Positions 51,072 to 63,209 of a stretch of DNA of 64,000 bases are shown here, one piece after another (the first letter of the stretch is position 1; every line of letters begins with the position of its first letter). Source of the stretch: Phyllobates terribilis (taxonomy: Eukaryota); the NCBI RefSeq assembly GCF_046119375.1, contig NW_027362773.1, positions 211,048,001 to 211,112,000 of the forward strand, read 5' to 3'. The notes beneath the pieces were generated by a model that saw only the letters and a program-made list of their open reading frames with translations, did not search any database and was not told the origin of the DNA. A program made the translations under genes and the position numbers.

Positions 51072-52368
51072 CTAGGACTTGCACAGTAATGTCAGGTCCA
51101 TGGAGCTGCGCTGAAGCCAGAGCCGCTGATCTTTCTCCAGCATTATCATGCTGGCACTATGGCCGTGGCTGCGGCACTGCTCCACCTCCTTGCACTTTAT
51201 GTAATGAAGCTGCCGGCAGTACGTGCAGCGGTAATGGGGCAACTGTCCCGGCTGCAGGCAGCGGTGGAGCTGGTATTGTCTCCTCTGCTCCTCCATCACC
51301 GCCTGGACCTTCTCGGATGCGGTCATCTGGGACACCCGATGTCTCTTGTCTCTACAAGCTTTCATCATGGCACACGAGGAGCTGTGGAACATGGAGCACA
51401 CTGCACAGCAATGCTCTAAAGAGTGGTCTACAAACACGCAGTCATGCATGGTGAAGTCCACGTGTGGCACTTGGGTGCGGCACCGCTCATCCTCACCGTG
51501 GTCAGTGACCATCAGACAAGACCCATTTACATGCTGATCAAAGGGCTCATGGCAATAGTCACAAAACTGAGGCTGGTAGAAAGCGTCACCGTTGTAAGCT
51601 CCGGCAGCAGAGGGGACTGTTCTCGTGTCTAACACCAGCTGCTGCAGTCTCTCCATGCAGACGTCTTCACCGCGCCAGCTCCTTCGCTCCTGGATCAGGT
51701 CAGCTGCACATACCAGGTGAGATCCGGAGCAAGACACCAGGTCAGATAAGATGTGACACTCCATCTGAGCCGCCAGGAAGCCCAGAGCGGCTGTGGCCAG
51801 AGTCTGTGGTGGCGGCAGGACGTGGATCTTCAGGGAGGTGCCGTCTTCTTCTGGCTCGTAATTTAATCTTCTGAGGGCTCGGACTATGGCATCCGGGGGC
51901 AGAGCGGCCTCCAGAGTGTGCACGTAATATCCAGAGTATGTCTGGTGGAGAGAGGAGGAAAGGAATGAGAAATTACCAGAACGCACATAGCAATGTAGTG
52001 GATGCAGAGTAACTTGTGATATTCCACCACTACATCACGGAGTGCAGCACACAGCGGCTCCTCACCTTTATAGTATGGAATTCTCTCCGCCACGGAGTAC
52101 AGTACAGGTGGAGCGCTGCCTGCTCCAGGGTCTGGAAGGCAGAAGCCAGGTGCTGTAATGCCAGGAGCAGGTCGGCTCCGTCCTGGAGTCCGCAGCTGAT
52201 CAAGGGGAAGGCGTCATTCTGGAGAAGACTGTGCAGCTCCGGCTCCTCCAGGATCCGCTGCCTCACCAAGTCCAGGATCCGGTTATCTGTGCATGGCACA
52301 AGCGATCCGGCAGAGGAGGCGCCGAGCAGCCAGGTGCTGTACTGAGCCCGGAGAGAGTCTGCACTCAT
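51072..52368 (-). CDS. spata2l: SPATA2-like protein, 390 aa
   Basis: Coding exons 52368-52066 (MSADSL...YCTPWRREFHTIK) and 51941-51072 (TYSGYYVHTL...). The PWR.EF..IK.YSG.YV motif is typical of the SPATA2 PUB-like domain. Tail-to-tail with cdk10 as in human. Confidence 0.9.
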
Positions 52369-52889
52369 CCTGGGGGAAAGGGAAGATGTCCAGTCATGCT
52401 GCACCACTATGTAAGCACCTGTTATAGCGCCACCTATCTGTGCTGCAGCACCAGGGCTGGGGCCAGCGTCTGTGGTATAGGTGTAATGAGATCCAGATCC
52501 GATACTACACCAGAAATCTGCCCACTGGATGCCACCACGCCCCCTGCTGACCGTAGTCTACGGCACATCCCGACATCTCCCTCCCCCTCGCACCCCAAAG
52601 TCTCCCTCCCCAGCTCACTCCGATGCCTCCCACCCCCGCGCACCCCGACACCTCCTTACCACCGCTCGCCCTGACGTCTGTCAACAATCAGAGAACGATT
52701 TCTGCAGTTTAGAATGTTATCAGTCCTACACGCTTGTCATGTCGACCTCTCACCACTAGGTGCTCCCTGAGTGCTCTGAGCTCTCACCTGCCGAAAGACC
52801 CCGTCAGCTACCGGCTTCCCGAGACTGCGCTCGTTTTAAAAGGAGTGAAAGTCTCTACTGCTCCTACACATACACTGAGACCTAACCAG

Positions 52890-53050
52890 AAGAGCGCCCC
52901 CTAGTGGCCGTGCAGCCGTCCTTGTCCTCACCTGCTAATAGCACAATCTTACTTCCGGGATGCGCCCTCTAATAGGACCTCGCCGGCTGCCTGACGTCAT
53001 GAGCGCCAAGCTGATTGGTGGATTATATTTTATCTGTCTGCTAATTGGTG
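52890..53050 (-). promoter_or_regulatory. Putative spata2l promoter and non-coding first exon
   Basis: Minus-strand donor CAG|GTGAG at 52932/52931, ETS-like ACTTCCGG near 52951, TGACGTCA at 52992-52999, ATTGG at 53014 and 53044, and CTCF-like motif at 52894-52907. Confidence 0.6.
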
Positions 53051-53187
53051 GGCAACTGATTTCTTCAGCACGAGGCATGCGGGTCACTGAGCTGTGAGGA
53101 AAAAGAGGAAGCAGCGCAGCACTGAGTGTGAGAGACAGGTGCAGCCGTGACTGGTGAGCACAGGAGGACAATATATAGAGATAGATA

Positions 53188-55187
53188 GCAGTCACTGCAC
53201 ATACATTACTGAGCCCGAGTACATCCTGTATTATACCCCAGAGCTGCACTCACTATTCTGCTGGTGCAGTCACTGTGTACATACATTACATTACTGATCC
53301 TGAGTTACCTCCTGTATTATACTCCAGAGCTGAACTCACTATTCTGCTGGTGGAGTCACTGTGTGCATATATTACATTACTGAGCCCGAGTACATCCTGT
53401 ATTATTCTCCAGAGCTGCACTCACTATTCTGCTGGTGCAGTCACTGTGCACATACATTACATTACTGATCCTGTATTGATCCTGAGTTACATCCTGTATT
53501 ATACTCCAGAGCAGCACTCACTATTCTGCTGGTGCAGTCACTGTGTACATACATTACATTACTGATTCTGTACTGATCCTGAGTTACATCCTGTATTATA
53601 CTCCAGAGCTGCACTCACTATTCTGCTGGTGCAGTCACGGTGTACATACATTACATTACTGATCCTGAGTTACCTCCTGTATTATACCCCAGAGCTGCAC
53701 TCACTATTCTGCTGGTGCCGTCACTGTGTACATACATTACATTACTGATCCTGAGTTACATCCTGTATTATACTCCAGAGCTGCACTCACTATTCTGCTG
53801 GTGCAGTCACTGTGTACATACATTACATTACTTATCCTGAGTTACCTCCTGTATTATACCCCAGAGCTGCACTCACTATTCTGCTGGTGCCGTCACTGTG
53901 TACATACATTACATTACTGATCCTGAGTTACATCCTGTATTATACTCCAGAGCAGCACTCACTATTCTGCTGGTGCCGTCACTGTGTACATACATTACAT
54001 TACTGATCCTGAGTTACATCCTGTATTATACTCCAGAGCAGCACTCACTATTCTGCTGGTGCAGTCACTGTGTACATACATTACATTACTGATTCTGTAC
54101 TGATCCTGAGTTACATCCTGTATTATACTCCAGAGCTGCACTCACTATTCTGCTGGTGCAGTCACGGTGTACATACATTACATTACTGATCCTGAGTTAC
54201 CTCCTGTATTATACCCCAGAGCTGCACTCACTATTCTGCTGGTGCCGTCACTGTGTACATACATTACATTACTGATCCTGAGTTACATCCTGTATTATAC
54301 TCCAGAGCTGCACTCACTATTCTGCTGGTGCAGTCACTGTGTACATACATTACATTACTTATCCTGTACTGATCCTGAGTTACATCCTGTATTACACTCC
54401 AGAGCTGCACTCACTATTCTGCTGGTGCAGTCACGGTGTACATACATTACATTACTGATCCTGAGTTACCTCCTGTATTATACCCCAGAGCTGCACTCAC
54501 TATTCTGCTGGTGCCGTCACTGTGTACATACATTACATTACTGATCCTGAGTTACATCCTGTATTATACTCCAGAGCTGCACTCACTATTCTGCTGGTGC
54601 AGTCACTGTGTACATACATTACATTACTTATCCTGTACTGATCCTGAGTTACATCCTGTATTACACTCCAGAGCTGCACTCACTATTCTGCTGGTGCAGT
54701 CACTGTGTACATACATTACATTACTGATCCTGAGTTACCTCCTGTATTATACCCCAGAGCTGCACTCATTATTCTGCTGGTGCCGTCACTGTGTACATAC
54801 ATTACATTACTGATCCTGAGTTACATCCTGTATTATACTCCAGAGCTGCACTCACTATTCTGCTGGTGCAGTCACTGTGTACATACATTACATTACTTAT
54901 CCTGTACTGATCCTGAGTTACATCCTGTATTATACTCCAGAGCTGCACTCACTATTCTGCTGGTGGAGTCACTGTGTACATACATTACATTACTGATCCT
55001 GAGTTACATCCAGTATTATACTCCAGAGCTGCACTCACTATTCTGCTGGTGCCGTCACTGTGTACATACATTACATTACTGATCCTGAGTTACATCCTGT
55101 ATTCTACTCCAGAGCTGCACTCACTATTCTGCTGGTGCAGTCACTGTGTACATACATTACATTACTGATCTTGAGTTATATCCTGTA
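53188..55187. repeat. ~86-bp satellite array 2, inverted relative to array 1, with 269-bp higher-order repeat
   Basis: Unit contains GAGCTGCACTCACTATTCTGCTGG, the reverse complement of array 1. Near-identical blocks start at 54167, 54436, 54705 and 54974. Confidence 0.95.
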
Positions 55188-56315
55188 GATCTTTTTATTC
55201 TAAAAATGAAAAACATGACAATAATAATAACAGAAACATAACAAAATTAATAACCACAAAATAAACAATGTAATGAAACTGGTCCAGCCGCTCCCGCTCT
55301 CCTCACACACATATTATACATATATACAATATAAACAACTTACACTATGACATCTGGTCCGGTTACCAAAAAAATAATAACAATATAATAAGTAAAATAA
55401 ACAATAGCCAGCAAAATATATACAAACTAATATATACATATAATTTTTTTTAAATAATATAAAATAAATACTAACTATACAAATATATACAAGACTAAAC
55501 TAAGCACCCCACACTCAAGCCCACCAGTCCCAACCCAGGCACTGACCTGAGAGCTGGTCCTGCGCCTCATGCCTCAGTCCATGTCCAACGTCCATAGGCC
55601 AGATCAGGCAGTGCCAGTTTTTCACCCAAATAATCAGTGTTCCACAAGATGAACCCACCTCACCCCTTTTCCCACCACCCAACCTAACACCTACACCCAA
55701 ATCCATATCCTTATACACAATATATACAGAAACAAACAATACAATAACAAACAATACAATAACCACAACTGACAAAGCCCAAGTTCGGTGCCTGCAGCCC
55801 TACATCACTGTCTACTGATCAAAACAAAACAAAAATCTATGGTGTCAGCAGCAGCCCACCACCAGGAGAGGAGATGACCAGACTAGGGCACACTAAAAGA
55901 AAAGCCCCTCCAGAGGAGAGCGGCCCTCCGTGTACCTAGTCTCTCATACTCCAGAGAACGCACCTTCACCAGGTCACCAAGTATGGTCCTAAACACATCG
56001 TCCACTGGGAGGATTTTCCGTTGCATCGATACTAAGCACCGTGCGTTCCACGTGTGATACCTAACCACTGCGCTAACTAGAAATAAGGTGCAGCGGTCCC
56101 GACCACCCGGGTCTCCGAATGCTGCATAGGCCCATTCCGCATAAGAGAGACTGGCCAGCCAGGGCCAGCCAATGGAGGCGCCCACCCTGTTGTACCCCTC
56201 TGTGTTAAAGGGACAACGAAGCAGGAAGTGATCCATGCTTTCCACCATGGTACCACAATGCTTCCGAGGACAGTTCCTGTCCTCAGAGCTCCAACACTTC
56301 AGATTGTCCCTCACA

Positions 56316-57016
56316 GGCTATGTGCCCACGTTGCGGACCTGAAGCATATTTTTTACGCTTCTCCCTGGCGGGAAAATCGCATGCGGATATTACATGCGGT
56401 TTTCCCGCCAGGTAGAAGCGTTTGTGAGGCGTCTTTGCATGCATTTCCGCATGCGGGTTATCAAGCACTTCTCCAAGCATCACTTGGAAAAGTGCTTGAC
56501 AACTTGTTCAGAATGGTAAAAAATAAAAAAATAAACTTTATACTCACCTTCTGATGCATTCTCTGCCCCGTCCGGAGGCTTGAGCGGCTCACGCTGTTGT
56601 GTGCAGGACCTGCGGTGACGTCATTGAGTCATGTGGTGGGTCACATGACTCAATGACGTGGCAGGTCCTTCAGACAACAGCGCGACGGAGGGAAAACATC
56701 AGAAGATAAGTATAAACTTTATTTTTTCTTTTTTTTACAGGTTCTTTGGTACCCAGGTCTGGATGAGAGTCTCTTCTCATCCAGACGTGGGTACCATCCG
56801 CACATTGATTCCGCTGCGCTTCCGCAAAATTAATGAACATGCTGCGGATTTTTGACCGCAGCATATAGGCTGCGGAAAAATCCGCAGCATGGGCATTGAC
56901 ATTGCGGAATGCCATTGGGGACCATGGGGTGCGGATATACATGCGTTTTTCAAGCGTTTACGCTGCGGAAATTCCGCAGCATATACGCTTGAAAAACGCT
57001 ACGTGGGCACACAGCC
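56316..57016. mobile_element. PIF/Harbinger-like MITE inserted in LINE ORF2
   Basis: 16-bp TIRs GGCTATGTGCCCACGT / ACGTGGGCACACAGCC with a 3-bp TSD ACA. Excision restores GKLCVRDNLK. Nested internal palindromes at about 56540-56715. Confidence 0.85.
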
Positions 57017-58491
57017 ACACACAGTTTTCCATGGAAGCAGCGCCAAGCCAAGTCCCAAAACTTCGAGGGGTTCCTGATAGAATTCAAAAGATGCAGATCC
57101 ACCCCAAGATCCCAACTTGGGCAATCTCTGAGCGCCAGAAGCCTCTGAAAATGGGTCAACAGAACCCTTTTGTCAAGGAGCTTCCTCGGCAGAGTCCTGA
57201 CCTCCCACATTCCCAAACCCCACCGGCGAATTACCTTCAGAACCAGGGTAGCGTCAGCCGGGAGATGTCCATGCGGTGTGCGTGGATCCTTCACTTGCCC
57301 TCCTGTCTCCCATTCCTGGAAGAAAGGCTGAAACCATCCCCTACAGGAGAATACCCACGGAGGAGCCCTCTCTTTCCAGAGGTTTGCAATATTGCTCTTA
57401 ATGAAGGTAATACCACAGGGTTGACCATACCCAACCCTCCTAGTCTCCTCGTGCGGTAAGTAACCTCCCTCTTGACCAGGTTCAGTCTATTCCCCCATAA
57501 CAGTTGAAAGAACAAACTGTAGACCCGAGTCCAGAGAGGCTCCGGCAAGATGCACACACTGCCCAGATAGATCAGCAAAGGGAGCAGGTAAGTTTTGATC
57601 AGGTTTACCCTTTCCCTTAGGGTCAAGGACCAACCCTTCCATTGGTTCACCTTCTGAGTGGCGATCTCTAGCCTGCTGTCCCAATTTTGTTTGGGGTAAT
57701 CCCCCTGGCCAAATTCGATCCCAAGAACTTTTGCAGAGATTTTGGGTCCTGGAAGGGTGTTCGGGAGATCAAAACCAGGATCTCCTCCCCCCAACCAGAG
57801 ACTCTCACACTTATCCCGGTTGATCTTAGACCCGGATGCCTCCGAGTAGTGATTTATCTGTGACATCAGCCACTCTGCCTCCCCATCAGAGGAAACAAAA
57901 ACGGTGACATCAACGGCATACGCCACCACTCTGAGTGGCTTCCGGTGCTGCCCGGTCCACCCCGATCCCAGCCAACGGTCCACGCTCCACCCTCCTAAGA
58001 AGTGGGTCAACCGCAAACACGTACAGCAGCGGGCTCAAGGGACAACCCTGGCGAACACCACACCCAACCTCAAAAGAGCTGCCAATCCAACCGTTCACAA
58101 GCGGGAAACTCTCTGCCCCAGCGTACAAGGTCTTAAGCCAATCAACAAACCTCCCCGGCAGGCCATACCTCAGAAGGACAGACCAGAGGTACTCATGATT
58201 AACCCGATCGAACGCTTTTGCCTGGTCCAATGACAGCATGTACCCCTTCCAGTGGCCAGCCCTACCCTGCTCCACCGCCTCTCGTACTCTGTGTACAGCA
58301 CTAATTGTACTGCGGCCCGGAACAGAGCAATGCTGGGCCCCCCGAAAGGAGCCGGGGTGCAAATTTCACCAGCCGATTAAACAGCACCTTTGGCAAAACC
58401 TTCCTGTCTGCATTGAGAAGCGCTATGGGACGCCAATTCTCAATGCCAGATGAGGCCTTATCCTTTGACAAGATGATCAGGGCAGACCTCC

Positions 58492-61400
58492 TGTTAGAAC
58501 CCGCCTGTTTGTTTTTTCCATCTTGTGTTTTGCAGTCACGTGACCATCTGCCTTTATATTCCAGCTCCGCCTTTTTGGCTGTGCTGGACTTCAGTGTTGT
58601 TTGACTGTTTTGCTAGCCAGGTGCTTCGGTGCCTATATCTCTCAGTTCGCTTGGTCCTTTGGGACCTCTAGTACATTTTTGTCAGTTTATCTTTTGTTTT
58701 CTGCAACAACTTTCTCTGTTCAGGAGGTGTTCCTTTTTTGTTCCAGGCCTTAGTTCTTTTAGGGACCCCTTCCCTTTATTCTATAGGTCTTCGTTCAGAC
58801 TAGCCTAGGACTAAGGCGGGTCTGTTCGCTAGGAACAGGCAGCCCGCTACATCATAGGGATTCAGCTCAGTCTTACTGTAGGGAAAGCTTTCCCCTTCTT
58901 TCCTTAGTTCTTGTTTGCAGATCATAACAGTAAGTCCAGCCCAAAAATAAAATTAAGAAAATATTTTTACGGGGATCAGTATGGCTTCAGTCCAGGATTT
59001 GGCTTAACGCTTGCAGGGGTTGACTCTGGAGGTGGCCGAACTCCAGCAACACGTGAGTAGCTGTTCCGGAGCGCATTTTGTGGAACCCAAGGTAGGACTG
59101 CTGGATGTTTTTTATGGTAAACAGCAAGATTTGTTTTCCTTTAAAAATGCTTGTTTGTTATATTTTCGTTTGAGCCCAAGGTCCTCTGGGAATGAATCAC
59201 AGCGCATTGGTTTTATTATGTCACTTTTGCACAATGAACCACAAGGGTGGGCCTTTTCTCTTCAACCTAATGATCCATGTTTGAGGTCGGTAGAAGAGTT
59301 TTTTTCTCTTATGGGTCTATTATATGGCGATTCTGATCGAATCTCATCTGCTGAGGCAGAACTCAGGCGTTTGAATCAGGGGTCAGATGATGCTGAGATT
59401 TATTGCACACACTTTAGAAGGTGGGCTTCTGAAGTCAGATGGAATGATCCTGCTCTGAAATGTCTATTTCTTGCTGGTCTGAGTGAAAGGGTTAAGTATT
59501 TGCTAATTGCATTCCCTGCACCTGAGACTCTGCAGGATGCTATGCAATTAGCTGTTCGTGTGGATAGGAGGCTGAGATATAGGCAGAATGAGGTAAAGAC
59601 TCCTGTAATGCCAGGTCCCAGTCTCCAGAAAATCTACTCAGACGGCGGAGAACCGATGGAGGTTGGGGCGATGTCGCTCCGCTCTCAGGAAAGAGACCGG
59701 AGGTTCGCCGAGGGATTGTGTCTTTATTGTGGTAAAGCTGACCATTTGATTAAGTATTGTGAGCTTCGTTTAAGTAAAGAAAAAAAAAAGGTCAGGTACG
59801 CCCGTATAGTTTGTTTACACTCTGCAGGAGTATTTCTTTCAGGGAGTACTACTTTGCAGGAAAATTTGATTGAATTTCAGGTATTTGTGGATTGTGGTTC
59901 AACACTTAATGTGATTGATAAAGGGTTTTTGGAAAAACTTAAATTGAAATCCAAACCTTTGTCATCACCTATTTTTGTGATTGCAATTGATAACCCTCCC
60001 AATGGGAGGTTGTTCGTGCTTAGAGACTTTAGAAGAGATTTGTTTGTGGAGTGTCATGAGTTGCGGTTGGCAGGTCATCCCGGAATATCTGAGACTAAGA
60101 GACTTATCAGTCGCAGTTTTTGGTGGCCTGGATGGTAGAAAGAAGTCATCAAGTGGGTGCGTCAATGTACGGTGTGTGCTAGGTCAAAGGCTTCACATAC
60201 TCCTGCTGCGGGGTTGCTTTGCCCTCTGGAGGTTCCTAGTGCGCCTTGGACTCATCTCACAATGGATTTTATTACTGATCTTCCTGTGTCTGAGGGTTTT
60301 ACTGTCATCTGGGGAGTCGTGGACCGTTTTAGTAAGATGTGTCATTTGGTTCCATTCATTAAGTTTCTAAGACACTCGCTAAGGCATTTGTTAAGGAGAT
60401 TGTCAAGCTCCATGGCGTTCCCACGGATATTGTTTCTGATAGAGGACCTCAGATTGTGGCTCACTTTTGGCGTGCTTTTTGTGACAGGTTGGGAGTCCAT
60501 TTGTCATTTTCGTCTGGTTATCATCCTGAGTCTAATGGACAGACTGCAAGAAAGAACCAGGATGTTGAACAGTTTTTGCCGCTCGCAGAATTTGCTCTTA
60601 ACAATCATACATCCTCCTCTGCTGGGTGTTCTCTTTTTTTTGTTGTACTGGGAGACATCCGTCTTTTGGTTCTTTCTCCAAATTGGGGTCGGCGATGCTG
60701 GAAGAGGAGAATTTTTCCGGTGATTTGGAGAGAGTTTGGACTAATGTACGTTGCAACCTTCAAGAGGCTAAGAAGAAGTCCAAGAAGTATTTTGACAGGA
60801 AACGGAAAGAGGTTTTGTTTACTGTGGGTGACATGGTTTGGTTATCCTCAAGGAACCTGCGGTTGAGGATTCCCTTTAAAAAATTGGGTCCTAAGTTTGT
60901 TGGTCCATTTAAAGTGCTTCAAGTTGTTAACCCGTCTGCTGTTAGGTTGTATGTCCCTACTTCCTGGAAGATTAATCCTGTGTTTCATGTTTCCTTGTTG
61001 AAAAAGGCTGATGTATCTGATAGGGACGCCACTGTCACAGTTCCCCCTGTGGTGGAAGACGGCGAATATGAAATTTCTCGTATCTTGAATTCTAGATGGC
61101 ATAGAGGGAGAGTACAGTATCTCGTCTCCTGCAAGGGTTTCGGTCCCGAAGATAACTCCTGGGTAAGGGCGGATGATGTCTCTGCTCCTAGGCTTGTTAG
61201 AGCTTTCCACAAGAGGTTTCCGCATAGGCCTGGGCCTGGAGGATCCGGAGGATCCTCTTAAAAGAGGGGGTACTGTTAGAACCCTCCTGTTTGTTTTTTC
61301 CATCTTGTGTTTTGCGGTCATGTGACCATCTGCCTTTATATTCCTGCTCCGCCTTTTTGGCTGTGCTGGACTTCAGTGTTGTTTGACTGTTTTGCTAGCC

Positions 61401-61711
61401 AGGTGCTTCGGTGCCTATATCTCTCAGTTCGCTTGGTCCTTTGGGACCTCTAGTACATTTTTGTCAGTTTATCTTTTGTTTTCTGCAACAACTTTCTCTG
61501 TTCAGGAGGTGTCCCATTTTTGTTCCAGTCCTTAGTTCTTTTAGGGACCCCTTCCCTTTATTCTATAGGTCTTCGTTCAGACTAGCCTAGGACTAAGGCG
61601 GGTCTGTTCGCTAGGAACAGGCAGCCCGCTACATCATAGGGATTCAGCTTAGTCTTACTGTAGGGAAAGCTTTCCCCTTCTTTCCTTAGTTCTTGTTTGC
61701 TGATCATAACA
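58492..61711 (+). mobile_element. Ty3/Gypsy chromovirus (Tf1/sushi-like) LTR retrotransposon lacking RT and RNase H
   Basis: 438-bp TG...CA LTRs at 58492-58929 and 61274-61711 with ~9 differences. TSD CCTCC/CCTAC, PPT AAAAGAGGGGG at 61260-61270. Encodes gag with CLYCGKADHLIKYC, protease VDCGS, integrase HHCC and core, a GPF module and a chromodomain. Confidence 0.93.
58981..61261 (+). pseudogene. gag-protease-integrase-chromodomain polyprotein remnant
   Basis: ATG at 58981 with TAA at 59005. Long open frame 59011-60138, then frameshifted integrase pieces (60157-60723, 60456-60866) and a GPF/chromodomain piece (60626-61261). Confidence 0.88.
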
Positions 61712-63209
61712 CCTACTCATTGACTTTGGCAGAGTGCCCGAGGAAAGACTCTCATTGAATACCTCAGTCAAGAGGGGAACCAAGGCGTCCTTAAAGGTCT
61801 TATAGAATTCAGATGTTAAGCCATCTGGACCGGGAGATTTCTTTAGGGCAAGCCCTTCAATCGCCAACTTAACTTCCTCTTCCCCGATCATCTCTGTTAA
61901 AACGCCAAGAGAGGGGTCTACCCCTGGTTCGAGGACGGCTTCAGCCAGAAAAGCCGACATCTCATCCCAATCCAGATCCCTCTTCCCCAAGAGGTGCGAG
62001 TAGAAAGATCTGACGACCTCCAGGATCCCTGATCTGGGTCTTTTCAGGGACCCCGCAGTGTCAACCAGTCCTGTAACAACTTTACTATTCACTGACATCT
62101 TGCAGTTTCTGTAAGGGTCGGGCGAGCGGTATTTCCCGTAATCCCTCTCAAAAACCAAAGATGCGTGTCTATCATACTGACACCTCACTAGCAAAGATTT
62201 CACTCTGCAGATCTCCTCGCTGCTACCTCCAGTTGAGACAAGATGCTCGAGTTTCCTCCTCAGGCCCTGATACAGGCAGTACCTGTCCAGGCTCCTGAGG
62301 CTCGAGAGCTGGCAGAAGAATCTCGCCACCCTTTTCTTGAACATCTCCCACCACTCTGACTTACTACTACAAAGATCCAGTAAGGGTACCTGGCTCTGAA
62401 GAAAATCCTCAAAGGACTGTCTTATCTCCTCTTCTTCCAAGAGAGACAAATTGAGCCTCCAAAAGTCTATTCCCATCCGGGGGTCTCTGTAACATTCAGG
62501 GAAAACAAAATCAAACTGTGATCGGAGAACTCCACCTCAACAACAGATACTGCTGAAGAGATGGCTTCCTCCTTTAAATAAAACCTGTCTATCCTGGACC
62601 TACAGTTACCTCTATGATAGGTGAACCCCTCGTGGCCTGGGGTGTGCCGGATGTGGACATCCACCAGACGAGCCTCACTAGGTATACTATTAAGGGCAAT
62701 GCTATCATAAGTCAGCTTGTCTCTGGAACCTCCTCTATCCCGGGACCTCGTGACAGTGTTGAAGTCCCCTCCAAAAACGACCTGCCGACTCGTAGAAAGG
62801 TAGGGCTTGATCCTCATAAAGAGACACTTTCGGTCCCACTTAGATTGGGGACCATAGATGTTAATGAGCCGAAGCTCCTGTCCCTTCATGAGGACATCTA
62901 ATATCAGGCACCTCCCCATTTCTAACTCAATAACCCGTCGGCATTCTACCGGTGCGGTAAAAAGGACCGCCACTCCGCTATACGGCTCGGCCGCAAGAGA
63001 CCACTAGGAGGGCCCGATTCTCCACTCCCTCTTAGCGTTAAACACCTCTGCCATGTTTGGCAGCCTGGTCTCTTGCAAAAAGAAAATGTCAGCTTCAACC
63101 CGGCTGAGAAAATCAAAGGCCGCAAATCTAGCCATATTTGACTTAATGCTGACGACATTAATGGATGCCAGTGTCAATGGAGTGGGTACCGCCATCATTG
63201 GTGATTGCG

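Larger units (their letters stand above)
55883..63198 (-). pseudogene. LINE ORF2 (endonuclease-reverse transcriptase), disrupted
   Basis: Motifs in order: LASINV, FLQET, LINIYGPQ, GGDFN, SRIDRF, FSDH, KSPGPDGL, NWRPIALLN, SLDQAKAFDRV, GVRQGCPLSP, YAVD (YADD mutated), CPRKHC..ESMDHFLLRC. Broken by a TAG at 63004, several frameshifts, an LTR element and a MITE. Confidence 0.92.

Noticed and set aside
52016-52759. Extra ORFs of 60-147 aa overlapping or upstream of spata2l exon 2
   Set aside because: They are antisense or alternative-frame shadows in GC-rich sequence with no recognisable motifs.
46462-55187. Regularly spaced repeats that look like a CRISPR array, and many MYIHYIT... ORFs
   Set aside because: Units are contiguous with no unique spacers, there are no cas genes and the DNA is vertebrate. 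It is a satellite and the ORFs are artefacts.
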